DNA from: an uncultured delta proteobacterium | GTDB taxonomy: Bacteria > Myxococcota_A > Polyangia > Haliangiales > Haliangiaceae | Assembly (NCBI GenBank): GCA_963848295.1 | Contig: CAWKDB010000010.1 | Span: 4,384,001 to 4,448,000 of the forward strand | Reading direction: 5' to 3' | Length of the DNA stretch: 64,000 nt | Shown here: piece by piece, positions 10,861 to 22,056 of the stretch | Numbering within the stretch: position 1 is the first letter of the stretch | How the letters are laid out: each line of letters starts with the position of its first letter | Position numbers and translations under genes: made by a program | Notes under the pieces: generated by a model | What the model saw: the letters and a program-made list of their open reading frames with translations, nothing else | What the model was told of the DNA's origin: nothing | The model's database searches: none

Positions 10861-12732
10861 ATGCGCCGCGGGTCCATCCTACTAGCCGTCGCGTTGGCGG
10901 CGTGCGGCGGCGTGCGGCAAGTCCGGCACCCGGGTGAAGAGTACTTATCGACGATCCGGATCAAGGGCAACAAAGCGATCGACACGAAACAGCTCGTCGA
11001 CGGACTCGCGCTGCATCGCGCCGAGCTCGCTGGGGGTGGCGTCGATGACTACGAGCTGACGGTCGATACCCAGCGGATCATCGGCGCGTATCAGCGCCTC
11101 GGCTTCTTCTCGGTCGCCGTGCAGTCACGGACCGAGCACGAGGGCGACGCGGTGACCGTGATCTTCACCGTCAAAGAAGGTCTTCGTGCGAAGACGAGCG
11201 TCGAGATCATCGGCCTGCCCGACGACGTGCCGCGCGACAGCGCGCGCAAGCTCGTCGCGATCGCCGAGAACGCGCCGTTCGATTACGACGCCTACGACGC
11301 GGCGAAACTGCCGATGCTCCGGCTGATCCAGGACGCCGGCTACGCGCGAGCACGGCTCGAAGCGACGGTGATCGCGGATCGCGGGCAGGCTCACGCCACC
11401 GCGCAATATGCGATCGAGCCCGGCGCGCCGTGCACGTTCGGCGCGGTCGACGTCGTCGGGGTCAGCGGCGCGCTCGCGACGGCGGTGCGCGATCGCGTCG
11501 CGTTCAAGTCGGGCGACCGCTACTCGGCGAAAGCGGTGACCGCGACCCAGGACGCGCTCTATCAGCTCGATCGGTTCTCGTCGGTGCGTGTCGACCCGGT
11601 GATCGAAGGAACCGCTACGACGATCCCGGTCAAGATCGGCGTCGCGATCGGCAATCGCCACGAGTTTCAATTCGGCGCCGGCGGTGGCATCGATCCGTTG
11701 AACTACTCGCTTCGCTTCCCCGCGAAGTACAGCGTCAGCGGTTGGCCGTTCGATCTGTCGACGAGCAGCATCGACGCGCGCGTCGCCCTCACGACGTTGC
11801 AGACCGAGTGCACGATCTACAAGTTCTGGACTTGCAGCTACCAGCCGCTCGTCCGGCTGATCGGCACGCTCGTCCAGCAGGATCTATTCGCGCCGTATGT
11901 CGTCGGCCAGATCGACGGCGGCGCCGATTACGTGACGATCGAGCCGTATCGCACGATCAGCGCACACGCGAGGGTAGGCCTCACGAGCCGGATCGTGACG
12001 CCGAAGCTCCAGGCGCACGTCGCGTGGTTGCTCGAGGGCGCACACTTCGACCAGATCAGCCCGGCGATCGATCCGTCGACCCAGCATAGCCTCGGCATCG
12101 ACCGCTCCGAGCTGCTCGGCGAGTACCAAGAGTCGATCACGCTCGACCTGCGCGACAACCTCGCCGATCCGCACCTCGGGTTGTACGTCGAGCTCCGGCT
12201 CGCCGAAGGCGGAAAGTACGCGGGTGGCGAATACAACTTCATCCAGTTCACCCCGGAGATCCGCGGCTTCGTGCCGCTCGGACCGCTCGTGCTCGCGACG
12301 CGTTTTCGCTACAGCGCGATCTCTGGTGACGTCGCGCCGACCGAGCGCTACTTCGGTGGCGGCGCGTCGAGTCAACGCGGCTTTCCCGAGCGCCAGCTAT
12401 CGCCGATCGCGACGAACATCGTCAACGGCATGACCGAGAGCGTGATCATCGGCGGCGGTGCGTTCATCGAGACCGGTGCCGAGTTGCGCAGCCCGACGAT
12501 CAAGAAACGCTTCGGGCTCGTCGCGTTCCTCGACGGCGGCGACGTGACCGAAACCGCGAGCGAGCTGTCGATCGACCAGCTCAACTGGACGGTCGGCCTC
12601 GGCGCGCGGCTGTTCTTGCTGCCGGTCGGTCCGTTCCGGCTCGACTTTTCGTATCGCACCGGCCACGACCGCCCGGATCAACCGACGCTGGGGCACTTCA
12701 ATTGGTTCTTCAGCGTCGGGGAAGCGTTCTGA
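10861..12732 (+). CDS. tamA: Omp85/TamA-like outer membrane protein (POTRA domains plus beta-barrel)
   Basis: Lipoprotein-like signal LAAC, POTRA motifs, ERYFGGG..S.RGF, GPFRLD, terminal F; directly upstream of tamB. Confidence 0.8.
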   Translation: MRRGSILLAVALAACGGVRQVRHPGEEYLSTIRIKGNKAIDTKQLVDGLALHRAELAGGGVDDYELTVDTQRIIGAYQRLGFFSVAVQSRTEHEGDAVTVIFTVKEGLRAKTSVEIIGLPDDVPRDSARKLVAIAENAPFDYDAYDAAKLPMLRLIQDAGYARARLEATVIADRGQAHATAQYAIEPGAPCTFGAVDVVGVSGALATAVRDRVAFKSGDRYSAKAVTATQDALYQLDRFSSVRVDPVIEGTATTIPVKIGVAIGNRHEFQFGAGGGIDPLNYSLRFPAKYSVSGWPFDLSTSSIDARVALTTLQTECTIYKFWTCSYQPLVRLIGTLVQQDLFAPYVVGQIDGGADYVTIEPYRTISAHARVGLTSRIVTPKLQAHVAWLLEGAHFDQISPAIDPSTQHSLGIDRSELLGEYQESITLDLRDNLADPHLGLYVELRLAEGGKYAGGEYNFIQFTPEIRGFVPLGPLVLATRFRYSAISGDVAPTERYFGGGASSQRGFPERQLSPIATNIVNGMTESVIIGGGAFIETGAELRSPTIKKRFGLVAFLDGGDVTETASELSIDQLNWTVGLGARLFLLPVGPFRLDFSYRTGHDRPDQPTLGHFNWFFSVGEAF

Positions 12733-15700
12733 TGCGCCGCGCGCTCCGCTGGGCGGTGCGGATCGTGCTCGGTCTGATCGCGCTCGTGACGCTCGCGACC
12801 ATCGCGCTCGTCATCACGCTTCACACCGCCTGGGCGCGCGACAAGATCCGCGTCAGGGTCGAAGCGGCGCTCGCGGCGAGCTTTCCGGGCGGCGCGAAGA
12901 TCGGCCGGCTCGAGGGCACGCCGCTCGGCGAGCTCGTCGCGTACGATGTCGAGCTCGACTCGATCGATCACCAGCCGCTCGTCAAGATCGGCGAGCTCGA
13001 CGTCGACCTCGCGCTGACCCCGCTGCTCGGCAAGACCGCGCGCGTCGACCGGCTCGAGCTCGACGACGTCGTCGTGACACCCACCGGCTCGCCGCGCACG
13101 CCCGAGGGGCCGCCGCAGCCGGAGACCGCCGGCACGACGTGGTCGGTGGAGCTGCCCGAGATCGAGGTCCATCGCGCGCGCATCGTTCCGATCGCGGGAC
13201 GCCCGGGCGACGAGATCTCCGCGCTCGAAGCGACCGCGCGCGTCGCGCTGCCGGCCGGCCGGCCGATCACCGCGATCGTCGGGCTGCGCGCGAGCTGGCG
13301 TGGACAACCGGTCTCGATCATGGCGGCGGTGCAAGACGACCGCGGCGCGATCACCGTGCCGTTCGCGACCACGAGCGTCGCCGGCAGCGGGCTCGTCGCG
13401 GCGGGGGTGGCGCTGACCAGCAAGCTCACCGCGTTTCGCGGGGTCGTGATGGGGCACGCGACGGTCGCCGATGTCGCGCGGTTCACGGCCGCCGCGCTCC
13501 CGGCGGATGCGAGCTTCAGCGCGATCGCGCGCGGCGATCTGACCGACCTGTTCGCAGCGCTCGGCGCTTCGCAGCTGCGCGCCTTCGCGAAGGTCGACGT
13601 GCTCGCGCGCTCGGCGATCGCCGTCGTGTCGGTCGTCAGCCCCGACTTCGCCGCGCTCGATCGCGGTGCGCTCGTCGGCAGCGGTGCGCTCGTCGCGGCG
13701 TTGGAGGGCTCGCTCGGGCCGGATTGGAAGCCGAGCGCGCGGGGCCTCGTGTCGATCGCCGGCGAGGCTGCGCATCGACCGATGACTCGCGCGGTGGTGG
13801 CGGTCGACGGCAGCGCGGCCGGCGGCAACGTCATCGCGGGTGCGGCGGACGAAGCCGGGATCGCCGCCGCGGTCGACGCGGACCTCACGCGCGACGCTTC
13901 CGGGATCGCGGTCGTGCGCTCGCATGCCGTCGCGACCGCGCCCGAGCTCGCGTTCGAAGACGGCAGCGCTGCGGTGCGCGCCGACGTCGCGACCACCGGG
14001 CGGATCTGGCCGGCGACCGATCTCCACGTCACGGGCACGATCGGCGCGACGAACGTCAGGGTCGCGCGAGCGCGCGTGCGCGATGTCTCGGTCGCGCTCG
14101 ACGTCCACTCGATCCCTGATCATAGCGAGGGTGACCTCGAGATCTCGCTCGTCGGCGCGCGCTACGGCGCGACGCGGATCCCGGCGATCGGGTTCGACGC
14201 GCATGGATTCTACACGCGAGCGACCGGCGATCTCTCGGCGACGCTCGTCAGCAACGAGCTCGGTGTCGCGAAGATCGTCCCAGGCCTCGGCGGGCGCGCC
14301 TCTGCGCGGGTCGAGCTGGCGCGGCGAGCGGGTGAATGGAGCGGGAAGCTCGCCGCGACCGGCCGCGACTTGGTCATCGCGGAGGACACACCGCCGGTCG
14401 ACGTGCGCGTCGATGGCACGTTGTCGGGCCGGCGGCTCGCGACCCGCGCAACGATCATCGGCGCCCAGCTCGGCTCGGCGACCGCGGTGCTCGATGTCGA
14501 TGGCCCACGCGACATCACCGATGTCGCCGCGTGGCGCGGGCTCGGCCGAAGTGCCGTGCACGAGGCGCGCCTCGCGATCGATCAGTTCGATGGCACCCAG
14601 CTCGGCATGCCGGTCCGCGTCGACGGCGAGCTTCATGTCTCGGCGCGCGATGCGGGTGGCGAGCTGGACGCGAGCGGGCTCGAAGGGAAGGGCCATTCCG
14701 CGACCGCGACGATCGCGCTCGCGAACGCGCCCGATGGAGCGACCGCGACCGTCACCGCCGTCGTCGATAGAGTCGCCACCGCACATGCGACGATCGATCT
14801 CGCGTTCGTCCGCCGCATGTTCGATCCGACCGCGTGGAAGACGCTCGGCCGCGGCGTCGTGCGCGGCGGGATGGTCCACGTCGACGAGATTCGCGTCGAT
14901 CCCGAGCTGCTCGCGCGCTACGGCGTGGGCGTGCCGTTGAACGCGCGCGTCACCGCGGACGCGAAGATCGGCAGCGCCGGCACGACGCTGCAAGTCTCGG
15001 CCGACGTTCGCGACCTGATCGGCGGACCGCTCGCGCAGCCGGTCGAGATCCATGCCGAGTCCCTCGCCGAGGATGGCGCCGCGACGCTCTCGATCGTCGC
15101 GCGTTCGGGCTCGCTGGAGCTCGTCGAGGTTCGCGGGCATGCGCCGCTCGCGCTCGATCATCTCCAGCTCGCCGCGCTGCGCGCGCTGCCGATCCAAGCG
15201 ACCCTGACCGTGCCGACCCTCCAGGCGCGCGACCTCCTCGCGATCGTCGGGCGCAGCGATCTTCAGACCGGCACGGTCGAAGGCACGATCACCGCGACCG
15301 GCACCGCCGGTGCACCGATCGCCGACGCGACGTTCTCGGCCGCGAACGTCACGACCGTTCCGGGGATCCAAGGAAGCAAACCGTCGGCGCTGCACGACCT
15401 CGCAGTCACCGGCCACTACGAACCTGGTCGAGTCAGGGCCGACGTCACCGGCCACGAAGAAGGCGGCGGCGAGCTCGTCGCCTCCGCGCACGGCGATCCG
15501 CGCTCGCTGCGGACGCTCGCGGGCACGCTCGCCGCGACCCGGTTCGAGCTCGCGCCGGTCACGGCGTTCGCACCGGGCATCGCGCGTGCGATCAGCGGCA
15601 CGGTCGACGGCAAGCTCGCGCTGCGAGGCCTCGATCCCGACACCGGTGACATCTCCGGCTCGCTCCACATCACCGAGGCTCGATTGCCGATCGCATCGAC

Positions 15701-16838
15701 CATCGGCGTGTTGCGCAGAGCCGACGTCAAGATCGCGATCGCGAACCACGTCATCACGGTCGACGCCGACGGCAAGCTCGGCACCGGCACCGTCAAGGGC
15801 AACGCCAAGATCGCGCTGCGCGGTAGCTCGCCGGCGCACGCCGATATCACGCTCGCGTTGCGCAAGATCTCACCGATCGCGTCGATCGAGCCGGAGATCT
15901 CGGCCGACGTCACCGCCGGCATGACCTACCAAGACAGGCGCTGGACCGGCGACATCAAGGTCCAGCACGGCTCGATCCACGTCGAATCGAATCGCGGCCA
16001 GAAGCTCCTCGAGGTAGGTGCGCCGGCGGATATCGATTTCGTCGACGCGGCGGCACCGGCCAAGCCGAAGGGTCCGGTGCACATCGCGGCGCCGAGTGCG
16101 CCGTGGCTGGTCGCGAGCATCTCGATCGAGCCGGTCGAGCTTGTCGTCAAGGACTTCGCGATCGTCCAGCAGCTGCGCGCGACGCTCGCCGGCAAGCTGC
16201 GGCTGTCCTACGGCGGCGGGGTCGCGCTCGACGGCACGATCGAGACGCGGCGCGGCGACGTCGATATCTTCGGCCGCTCGTATCAGATCGATCGCGGCCA
16301 GATCGCGTTCGATGGCCCGCTCGATCCGCGGCTCGACATCAGACTGGTCCACGACTTCACCGACCTGACCTTGACCGCCCAGCTGTCCGGTCGCGCGAGC
16401 GCGGTCAACCTCGCGTTGAGCGGTACGCCGGCGATCTACTCGCCGACCCAGCTCTACGGCTTCTTCCTCGGCGGCGAGCCCGGCGGCGACCCGTCCGACG
16501 CGACCAAGAATGCAGCGGTGGGCGCGAGCGCGTCGGTGGGCTCCGCGCTGTTGTTCTCCGGCATCGGCAAGTACTTGCCGTTCAAGCCCGACACGCTCGG
16601 CTATCAAGCGGCGACCGACACGACGAGCGCGACGGTCAAGGCCGGGATCTGGATCAGCAACAACTTCTTCGCCCAAGGCAACCACCACATCGATCCATTG
16701 CCCGACGAGAATTCCAACGAGGCGCAGTTCGAGTACTACTTCCGGCGCCACCTGCTCGGCGGAACGCTGTTCCTGCAGGGCGTCTACGGCGACCGCAACT
16801 ACGACACCACCGATCTCCTGTGGCGCACGCGCTGGTGA
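12732..16838 (+). CDS. tamB: Translocation and assembly module protein TamB
   Basis: N-terminal TM anchor, long beta-rich body, C-terminal DUF490-like region (G.I.F.GP.DPRLDI); start overlaps the tamA stop. Confidence 0.82.
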   Translation: MRRALRWAVRIVLGLIALVTLATIALVITLHTAWARDKIRVRVEAALAASFPGGAKIGRLEGTPLGELVAYDVELDSIDHQPLVKIGELDVDLALTPLLGKTARVDRLELDDVVVTPTGSPRTPEGPPQPETAGTTWSVELPEIEVHRARIVPIAGRPGDEISALEATARVALPAGRPITAIVGLRASWRGQPVSIMAAVQDDRGAITVPFATTSVAGSGLVAAGVALTSKLTAFRGVVMGHATVADVARFTAAALPADASFSAIARGDLTDLFAALGASQLRAFAKVDVLARSAIAVVSVVSPDFAALDRGALVGSGALVAALEGSLGPDWKPSARGLVSIAGEAAHRPMTRAVVAVDGSAAGGNVIAGAADEAGIAAAVDADLTRDASGIAVVRSHAVATAPELAFEDGSAAVRADVATTGRIWPATDLHVTGTIGATNVRVARARVRDVSVALDVHSIPDHSEGDLEISLVGARYGATRIPAIGFDAHGFYTRATGDLSATLVSNELGVAKIVPGLGGRASARVELARRAGEWSGKLAATGRDLVIAEDTPPVDVRVDGTLSGRRLATRATIIGAQLGSATAVLDVDGPRDITDVAAWRGLGRSAVHEARLAIDQFDGTQLGMPVRVDGELHVSARDAGGELDASGLEGKGHSATATIALANAPDGATATVTAVVDRVATAHATIDLAFVRRMFDPTAWKTLGRGVVRGGMVHVDEIRVDPELLARYGVGVPLNARVTADAKIGSAGTTLQVSADVRDLIGGPLAQPVEIHAESLAEDGAATLSIVARSGSLELVEVRGHAPLALDHLQLAALRALPIQATLTVPTLQARDLLAIVGRSDLQTGTVEGTITATGTAGAPIADATFSAANVTTVPGIQGSKPSALHDLAVTGHYEPGRVRADVTGHEEGGGELVASAHGDPRSLRTLAGTLAATRFELAPVTAFAPGIARAISGTVDGKLALRGLDPDTGDISGSLHITEARLPIASTIGVLRRADVKIAIANHVITVDADGKLGTGTVKGNAKIALRGSSPAHADITLALRKISPIASIEPEISADVTAGMTYQDRRWTGDIKVQHGSIHVESNRGQKLLEVGAPADIDFVDAAAPAKPKGPVHIAAPSAPWLVASISIEPVELVVKDFAIVQQLRATLAGKLRLSYGGGVALDGTIETRRGDVDIFGRSYQIDRGQIAFDGPLDPRLDIRLVHDFTDLTLTAQLSGRASAVNLALSGTPAIYSPTQLYGFFLGGEPGGDPSDATKNAAVGASASVGSALLFSGIGKYLPFKPDTLGYQAATDTTSATVKAGIWISNNFFAQGNHHIDPLPDENSNEAQFEYYFRRHLLGGTLFLQGVYGDRNYDTTDLLWRTRW

Positions 16839-17488
16839 TCGGGCACGTTCGCGGGGTGAGCCGCGTCGCCCTCGCCGCCGTGCTAGCCGCTTGCGGGACG
16901 AGCGCGCCGCCGACCGGTCGGGTGGCGCCGCCGGTCGCTCCGCCGCCGTCGGGCGGCCAGCTGCTCGCTCCCGCGGCGTTCGACCGGATCCCCGATCGCG
17001 CCGAGCGATCGCGCGCGCTGTTCGCGGAGGCCGCCAAGGTCCTCACCAGCGCGCGGTGCGTGAACTGCCATCCGCCCGACGACACGCCGCGCCAAGGCGA
17101 CCTGCATGCGATCCACGATCCACCGATCATCCGCGGCCCGAAGGACACCGGCGTCGCCGCGCTGCAGTGCACGACGTGTCACCAGGATCGCAACGTGGAG
17201 CTCGCGCGTGTCCCCGGCGCGCCCGGTTGGCACCTCGCGCCGATCGGCATGGCGTGGCTCGGCAAGACCGTGGCCGAGATCTGCGTGCAGCTCAAAGATC
17301 CGGCGCGCAACGGCGGGCGCTCGCTCGAGCAGGTCTACGATCATCTCGCGCACGATCGGCTCGTGGCGTGGGGTTGGGCGCCGGGCGCCGATCGCGTACC
17401 GGTTCCCGGAACGCAACCCGAGCTCGCCGCGCTGGTTCGCGCGTGGATCGAGACCGGCGCCGAATGTCCTCGGGAGGCTGCGCGATGA
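16835..17488 (+). CDS. Diheme c-type cytochrome lipoprotein associated with IorAB-like enzyme
   Basis: Lipobox VLAAC; CVNCH and CTTCH; PGAPGW.LAP..M.W. Start is GTG 16835 or 16856. Confidence 0.8.
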   Translation: MIGHVRGVSRVALAAVLAACGTSAPPTGRVAPPVAPPPSGGQLLAPAAFDRIPDRAERSRALFAEAAKVLTSARCVNCHPPDDTPRQGDLHAIHDPPIIRGPKDTGVAALQCTTCHQDRNVELARVPGAPGWHLAPIGMAWLGKTVAEICVQLKDPARNGGRSLEQVYDHLAHDRLVAWGWAPGADRVPVPGTQPELAALVRAWIETGAECPREAAR

Positions 17489-17928
17489 CGATCGAGCTGC
17501 GAGTCAACGGCGCGACGAAGGAGCTCGACGCCGACCCCGACATGCCGCTACTGTGGGCGCTGCGCGACCTGCTCGGGCTGACCGGGACGAAGTACGGCTG
17601 CGGCGAGGCGCTGTGCGGCGCGTGCACGGTTCACCTCGACGGCCTGCCGGTGCGCGCGTGCGTCACGCCGGTGCGGCGCGCGGTCGGCCGCGCCGTGACG
17701 ACGATCGAAGGCCTGCACGATCATCCGCTGCAGCGCGCGTGGATCGAGCTCGCGGTGCCGCAATGCGGCTACTGCCAGGCCGGGCAGATCATGACCGCGG
17801 TCGCGCTGCTCGCGGCGATCCCGAAGCCGACCGATGACGACATCGACCACTCACTTGCCGGCAACATCTGCCGCTGTGGCACGTACGTGCGGATTCGCGC
17901 CGCGGTGAAGAAGGCCGCGGGCGTATGA
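17485..17928 (+). CDS. iorA: (2Fe-2S)-binding small subunit, isoquinoline 1-oxidoreductase alpha-like
   Basis: [33 protein letters not shown]. Confidence 0.9.
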   Translation: MTIELRVNGATKELDADPDMPLLWALRDLLGLTGTKYGCGEALCGACTVHLDGLPVRACVTPVRRAVGRAVTTIEGLHDHPLQRAWIELAVPQCGYCQAGQIMTAVALLAAIPKPTDDDIDHSLAGNICRCGTYVRIRAAVKKAAGV

Positions 17929-20138
17929 GCCTGGAGATCTCGCGGCGGTCTTTTCTCGCGGGGGTCGGTGCGGCGACGACCGGGCTCGCGCTCGGGATCC
18001 GGATCGGTGGCGCGACCGCGGCGAGCTCGAAGGTGTTCGCGCCGAACCCGTTCATCCAGATCGGGAACGATGGGCTCGTCTCGATCTGGTGCTCGCGCTC
18101 GGAGATGGGCCAGGGCATTCGCAGCTCGCTGCCGGTGCTGATCGCGGACGAGCTCGGCGCCGATCCGGCGAAGATCGAGGTCGTGCAGGCCGACGGCGAC
18201 GAGAAGTGGGGCGATCAAGACACCGACGGCTCGGCGTCGATCCGGATGCTGTTCGACGACATGCGCCACACCGCAGCGGCGGCGCGCCAGATGCTCGTCG
18301 CGGCGGCAGCGGCGCGCTGGCACGTGCCCGCGACGCGGTTGTCCGCGCACGACGATGCGGTCCACGACGGGGCGCGGGCGCTATCGTTCGGCGAGCTCGC
18401 CGAGGACGCGGCGAAGCTCCCGGTGCCCGCGAAGGCCGCGCTCCGGCCGCGCGCCGAGCTGCATCACGTCGGCGCCGAGCTGCCGCTGCGCGATGCGCCC
18501 GATCAGGTCACGGGGCGCGCGATCTACGGCGCCGATGTCTCGCTGCCCGGGATGCTCGTCGCCGTGATCTCGCGGCCACCCGCGTTGTTCGGCAAGGCGA
18601 GCAAGATCGACGACGCGAAGGCGCGCGCGATCGCCGGCGTGCGCGACGTGATCGAATTGCCCGCACCGAAGCCGCCGATCAAGTATCAAGCGCTCGGCGG
18701 CGTCGCGGTGCTCGCCGATCACACGTGGGCCGCGATGCGCGGTCGCGCGGCGCTCGACGTGACATGGGACGGCGGCCCGAACGTCGACTACGACTCCGCG
18801 AGCTACGAGCAAGCGCTGCTCGCTGCGGTGCGCGCGCCGGGCACGACCGTGCGCAAGCTCGGCGACGCGGAGGCCGCGCTCGCGAGCGCCGCGACGCGGG
18901 TCGAAGCCGAGTACACCGTGCCGCACCTCGTGCATGCGGCGATGGAGCCGCCGGCCGCGCTCGCTCGCTTCGACGGCAAGAAGTGCGAGATCTGGGCGTG
19001 CACGCAGAGCCCGCAGGATCTGCGCGACGAGGTCGCGACCGCGCTCGGCGTCGCGAAGACCGAAGTCACGGTCCACGTCACGCTGCTCGGCGGCGGGTTC
19101 GGACGCAAGTCGTTCCCGGACTTCGCGGTCGAGGCGGCGCTGCTCGCGAAGCGCAGCGGCAAACCGGTGCGCGTGCAGTGGACGCGCGACGACGACATCC
19201 GCCACGGCACGATGCACACGGTCAGCGCGCAGGCGCTCGCCGCCGGGCTCGACGCGCACGGCAAGCTCGTCGCGTGGCGCCATCGCATCGCATACCCGAC
19301 GATCTCGTCGACGTTCTCGGCGACCGAGACCCATCCGAGCGATGGCGAGCTCGGCCAGGGCATCACCGACTTGCCGCTGTCGGCGGCGAACGTGCTCGTC
19401 GAGACCGGCGCGGCACCGGCCAAGATCCGGATCGGCTGGATGCGGTCGGTGTGCAACATCCACCAGGCGTTCGCGGTGCAGAGCTTCATCGCCGAGCTCG
19501 CCCACGCGACGAAGCGCGATCCGCGCGACATGCTCGTCGAGGTGCTCGGTCCCGCGCGCGTGCTCACCGCGAAGCTGCAGGGCATCAAGGAGCTCGGGAA
19601 CTACGGCAGCACGGAGCAGAACCGTCCGCACGACGTCGGTCGGCTGCATCGCGTGATCGACAAGGTCACGCAGATGGCGGGATGGGACCACGCGCGCGCC
19701 TCGGGCCGAATACTCGGGCTCGCCGCGCATCGCAGCTTCACGACCGATGTCGCGGTCGTCGTGTCGGCGGTGAGAGGTCCGCGCGGCGAGCCCCACATCG
19801 ACGAGGCGTGGATCGCGGCCGACGCCGGGCTCGTCGTGAACCCCGATCGCGTGCGCGCGCAACTCGAAGGCGCGGTCGTGTTCGGCCTGTCGATCGCGAT
19901 GCACGGCTCGATCACGGTCAAGCGCGGCCAGGTCGAGCAGACCAACTATCACGACTATCGCGTCGCGCGCATGCCCGAGGCTCCGCGCGCGATCCATGTC
20001 GAGCTGATGACGAACGACAACCCACCGGGCGGCGTCGGCGAGCCCGGCGTCCCACCCGTCGCGCCCGCGATCGCGAACGCGATCTTCGAGCTCACCGGCG
20101 AGCGCCATCGCGCGCTGCCGATCGTGCGCCCGAGCTAG
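17925..20138 (+). CDS. iorB: Molybdopterin-binding large subunit, isoquinoline 1-oxidoreductase beta-like, Tat-exported
   Basis: Tat motif [43 protein letters not shown]. Substrate unknown. Confidence 0.9.
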   Translation: MSLEISRRSFLAGVGAATTGLALGIRIGGATAASSKVFAPNPFIQIGNDGLVSIWCSRSEMGQGIRSSLPVLIADELGADPAKIEVVQADGDEKWGDQDTDGSASIRMLFDDMRHTAAAARQMLVAAAAARWHVPATRLSAHDDAVHDGARALSFGELAEDAAKLPVPAKAALRPRAELHHVGAELPLRDAPDQVTGRAIYGADVSLPGMLVAVISRPPALFGKASKIDDAKARAIAGVRDVIELPAPKPPIKYQALGGVAVLADHTWAAMRGRAALDVTWDGGPNVDYDSASYEQALLAAVRAPGTTVRKLGDAEAALASAATRVEAEYTVPHLVHAAMEPPAALARFDGKKCEIWACTQSPQDLRDEVATALGVAKTEVTVHVTLLGGGFGRKSFPDFAVEAALLAKRSGKPVRVQWTRDDDIRHGTMHTVSAQALAAGLDAHGKLVAWRHRIAYPTISSTFSATETHPSDGELGQGITDLPLSAANVLVETGAAPAKIRIGWMRSVCNIHQAFAVQSFIAELAHATKRDPRDMLVEVLGPARVLTAKLQGIKELGNYGSTEQNRPHDVGRLHRVIDKVTQMAGWDHARASGRILGLAAHRSFTTDVAVVVSAVRGPRGEPHIDEAWIAADAGLVVNPDRVRAQLEGAVVFGLSIAMHGSITVKRGQVEQTNYHDYRVARMPEAPRAIHVELMTNDNPPGGVGEPGVPPVAPAIANAIFELTGERHRALPIVRPS

Positions 20139-20140
20139 CG

Positions 20141-20608
20141 CTACGCCTTGCCGCGCTCTCGGCGAACCGTGATCCCGAATTCGATCAGCGGCAACTGGGC
20201 TGGGCCGGAGGACCCAGAGCCGGATCCGCCCTGCCAAGACAGCGGCACGTCGGGCTCGTTGGTCTGCAGCATGCCCGCGATGTCGTCCCGCAGCTGGCCC
20301 ACGCGCTCTAGCATCGCAGGTGTCGCCGAGCTGAGGACCGCAACGACGAACAGCTGACGCTTCGCGATGCACACCGCGACGTCGCGCTCGTCGAGCGCGA
20401 GCGACACGACCTCGCCGGTGAGCAGCCTCGCCGCGAGGTCGTCGCTCTTGAGCCCGTACATGACGAGCGCGGCGAGCGGCATGGCCTCCTCTTCGCTGAT
20501 CGCGCCGGCCAGGCCGATCGCTTTTCCGTCACGGTCGACCAGCGCCGCCGCAGCGAGCCCATCGTGGATCGCCTGGCCGAGCACGATCGAGAACTGCATC
20601 ACCGTCAT
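20141..20608 (-). CDS. Hypothetical protein, Roadblock/LC7- or profilin-like fold
   Basis: Pattern AAALVDRDG.AI...G, then a helix, beta strands and LFVVAV followed by a helix. The fold is inferred by eye. Confidence 0.55.
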   Translation of the reverse strand: MTVMQFSIVLGQAIHDGLAAAALVDRDGKAIGLAGAISEEEAMPLAALVMYGLKSDDLAARLLTGEVVSLALDERDVAVCIAKRQLFVVAVLSSATPAMLERVGQLRDDIAGMLQTNEPDVPLSWQGGSGSGSSGPAQLPLIEFGITVRRERGKA

Positions 20609-20895
20609 CTCCTGCGCCTCCCGAGTAGCCCGCGCACTGCGGACCGCGCGGTGAGCCTCGGGAGTTGCGCGATCGCCTTCGCGAGTTGCAACGCGAGCTG
20701 CAACGGCGAGTCGCCGCGCGCTTCGATCGCGGTCTGCTCGCCACGCGCGACATCTTCGATCGCACCGCGCGCGATCGTATGCGTGCCATCGCTGCGAATC
20801 TCGATGACGAGGCGGGCCACGACCGGAGGCTCGTCGATCCGCTCGACCTCGAGCTCGCGAGGAGTCACGAGCTCCGGCTTGGCGTCATCCTTCAC
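20605..20895 (-). CDS. Hypothetical protein (96 aa)
   Basis: Normal composition; its stop overlaps the next start; TATACT lies 6 nt upstream. Confidence 0.6.
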   Translation of the reverse strand: MKDDAKPELVTPRELEVERIDEPPVVARLVIEIRSDGTHTIARGAIEDVARGEQTAIEARGDSPLQLALQLAKAIAQLPRLTARSAVRGLLGRRRR

Positions 20896-20901
20896 GCTCC
20901 G

Positions 20902-20909
20902 AGTATAGT
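20902..20909. promoter_or_regulatory. Overlapping bidirectional -10 elements for probable leaderless transcripts
   Basis: TATAGT (+, 20904-20909) is 6 nt before the pheA ATG. TATACT (-, 20907-20902) is 6 nt before GTG 20895. Confidence 0.6.
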
Positions 20910-20915
20910 GCGCGA

Positions 20916-22046
20916 ATGCTGCCGGACCTCGGGTTACTTCGCGAGCGGATCGATGCGGTCGACCGTCAGATCATCGCGCTGATCGCCGACCGGCTGCGCA
21001 TCGTCGAGGACGTCGCGGCGGCGAAGCTCGACGCCGCGAGCCCGTTTCGCGATCGCGAACGCGAGGAGCGCTTGCTCGTTCGGTTGCGCGGTCATGCGAC
21101 CGCCGCCGGGCTCGATCCGCATCAGATCGAGCGGCTGTATCGCGTCGTGATGGAGCTGTCGGTCGCGCACCAAGAGGCAACCGTGCGCAATCGACCCGCT
21201 GCGCCGCTGCGGATCGCGTACCAAGGCGTCGAAGGCAGCTACAGCCACCTCGCGGCGCAACGCCGTTATGGCGGTCGCACCGGCGGTGCGTTGCTCACCG
21301 GCTGCGATTCGTTTCGCGCGGCGGCCGCCGCGGTCGTCGCCGGCGCCGCCGATCTCGCGCTGCTCCCGATCGAGAACACGACCGCGGGCAGCATCAACGA
21401 GACCTACGACGTGCTCGCCGATAGCCGGCTCAACATCACCGGCGAGGTGGTCAGCGCGATCGAGCATTGCTTGCTCGCGTTGCCCGGGGTCGCGCTCGAC
21501 GAGCTGCGCATCGTGATGTCGCATCCGCAGGCGCTCGCGCAGTGTCAGGCTTTCTTCGCGGCCCATCCGCAGCTGACCGCGCGCGACGAGCTCGATACCG
21601 CCGGCGCGGCGCGACGGGTTGCGGCCGACGGCGATCGAACGCAGGCGGCGATCGCGAGTGCGGCGGCCGCGGCGACTTACGGGCTCGCGATCGTCGCGCG
21701 CGGCATTCAGACGTCGGCCGGCAACGCGACGCGGTTTGTCGAGATCGCATTACGACCCGCGCCGATCGCCGACGGCGTCGCGGCGAAGACCTCGTTGCTC
21801 GTCGCGCTCGCCGATCGCCCGGGCGCACTCGGCGAGGTGCTGATGCGGTTCGCCGCGCACGGCCTGTCGCTGACGAAGATCGAGTCGCGGCCGATCCCCG
21901 CCGCGCCGTTCACGTATCGGTTCTACGTCGACGTGCTCGGGCACGCGGCGAGCGCGCCGTTCCAGGCCGCGCTGCGCGAGCTCGAGCCGCTGACCAGCGA
22001 GCTGCGCGTGCTCGGGACGTACCCCGCGGCTCTGGCGCCGGCGTAG
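20916..22046 (+). CDS. pheA: Chorismate mutase/prephenate dehydratase
   Basis: AroQ domain LRERIDAVD, IAYQG.EG.YS, PIENTTAGSI, SHPQALAQC, N.TRF and ACT domain LTKIESRP. Confidence 0.95.
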   Translation: MLPDLGLLRERIDAVDRQIIALIADRLRIVEDVAAAKLDAASPFRDREREERLLVRLRGHATAAGLDPHQIERLYRVVMELSVAHQEATVRNRPAAPLRIAYQGVEGSYSHLAAQRRYGGRTGGALLTGCDSFRAAAAAVVAGAADLALLPIENTTAGSINETYDVLADSRLNITGEVVSAIEHCLLALPGVALDELRIVMSHPQALAQCQAFFAAHPQLTARDELDTAGAARRVAADGDRTQAAIASAAAAATYGLAIVARGIQTSAGNATRFVEIALRPAPIADGVAAKTSLLVALADRPGALGEVLMRFAAHGLSLTKIESRPIPAAPFTYRFYVDVLGHAASAPFQAALRELEPLTSELRVLGTYPAALAPA

Positions 22047-22056
22047 ACTGCGCGTC

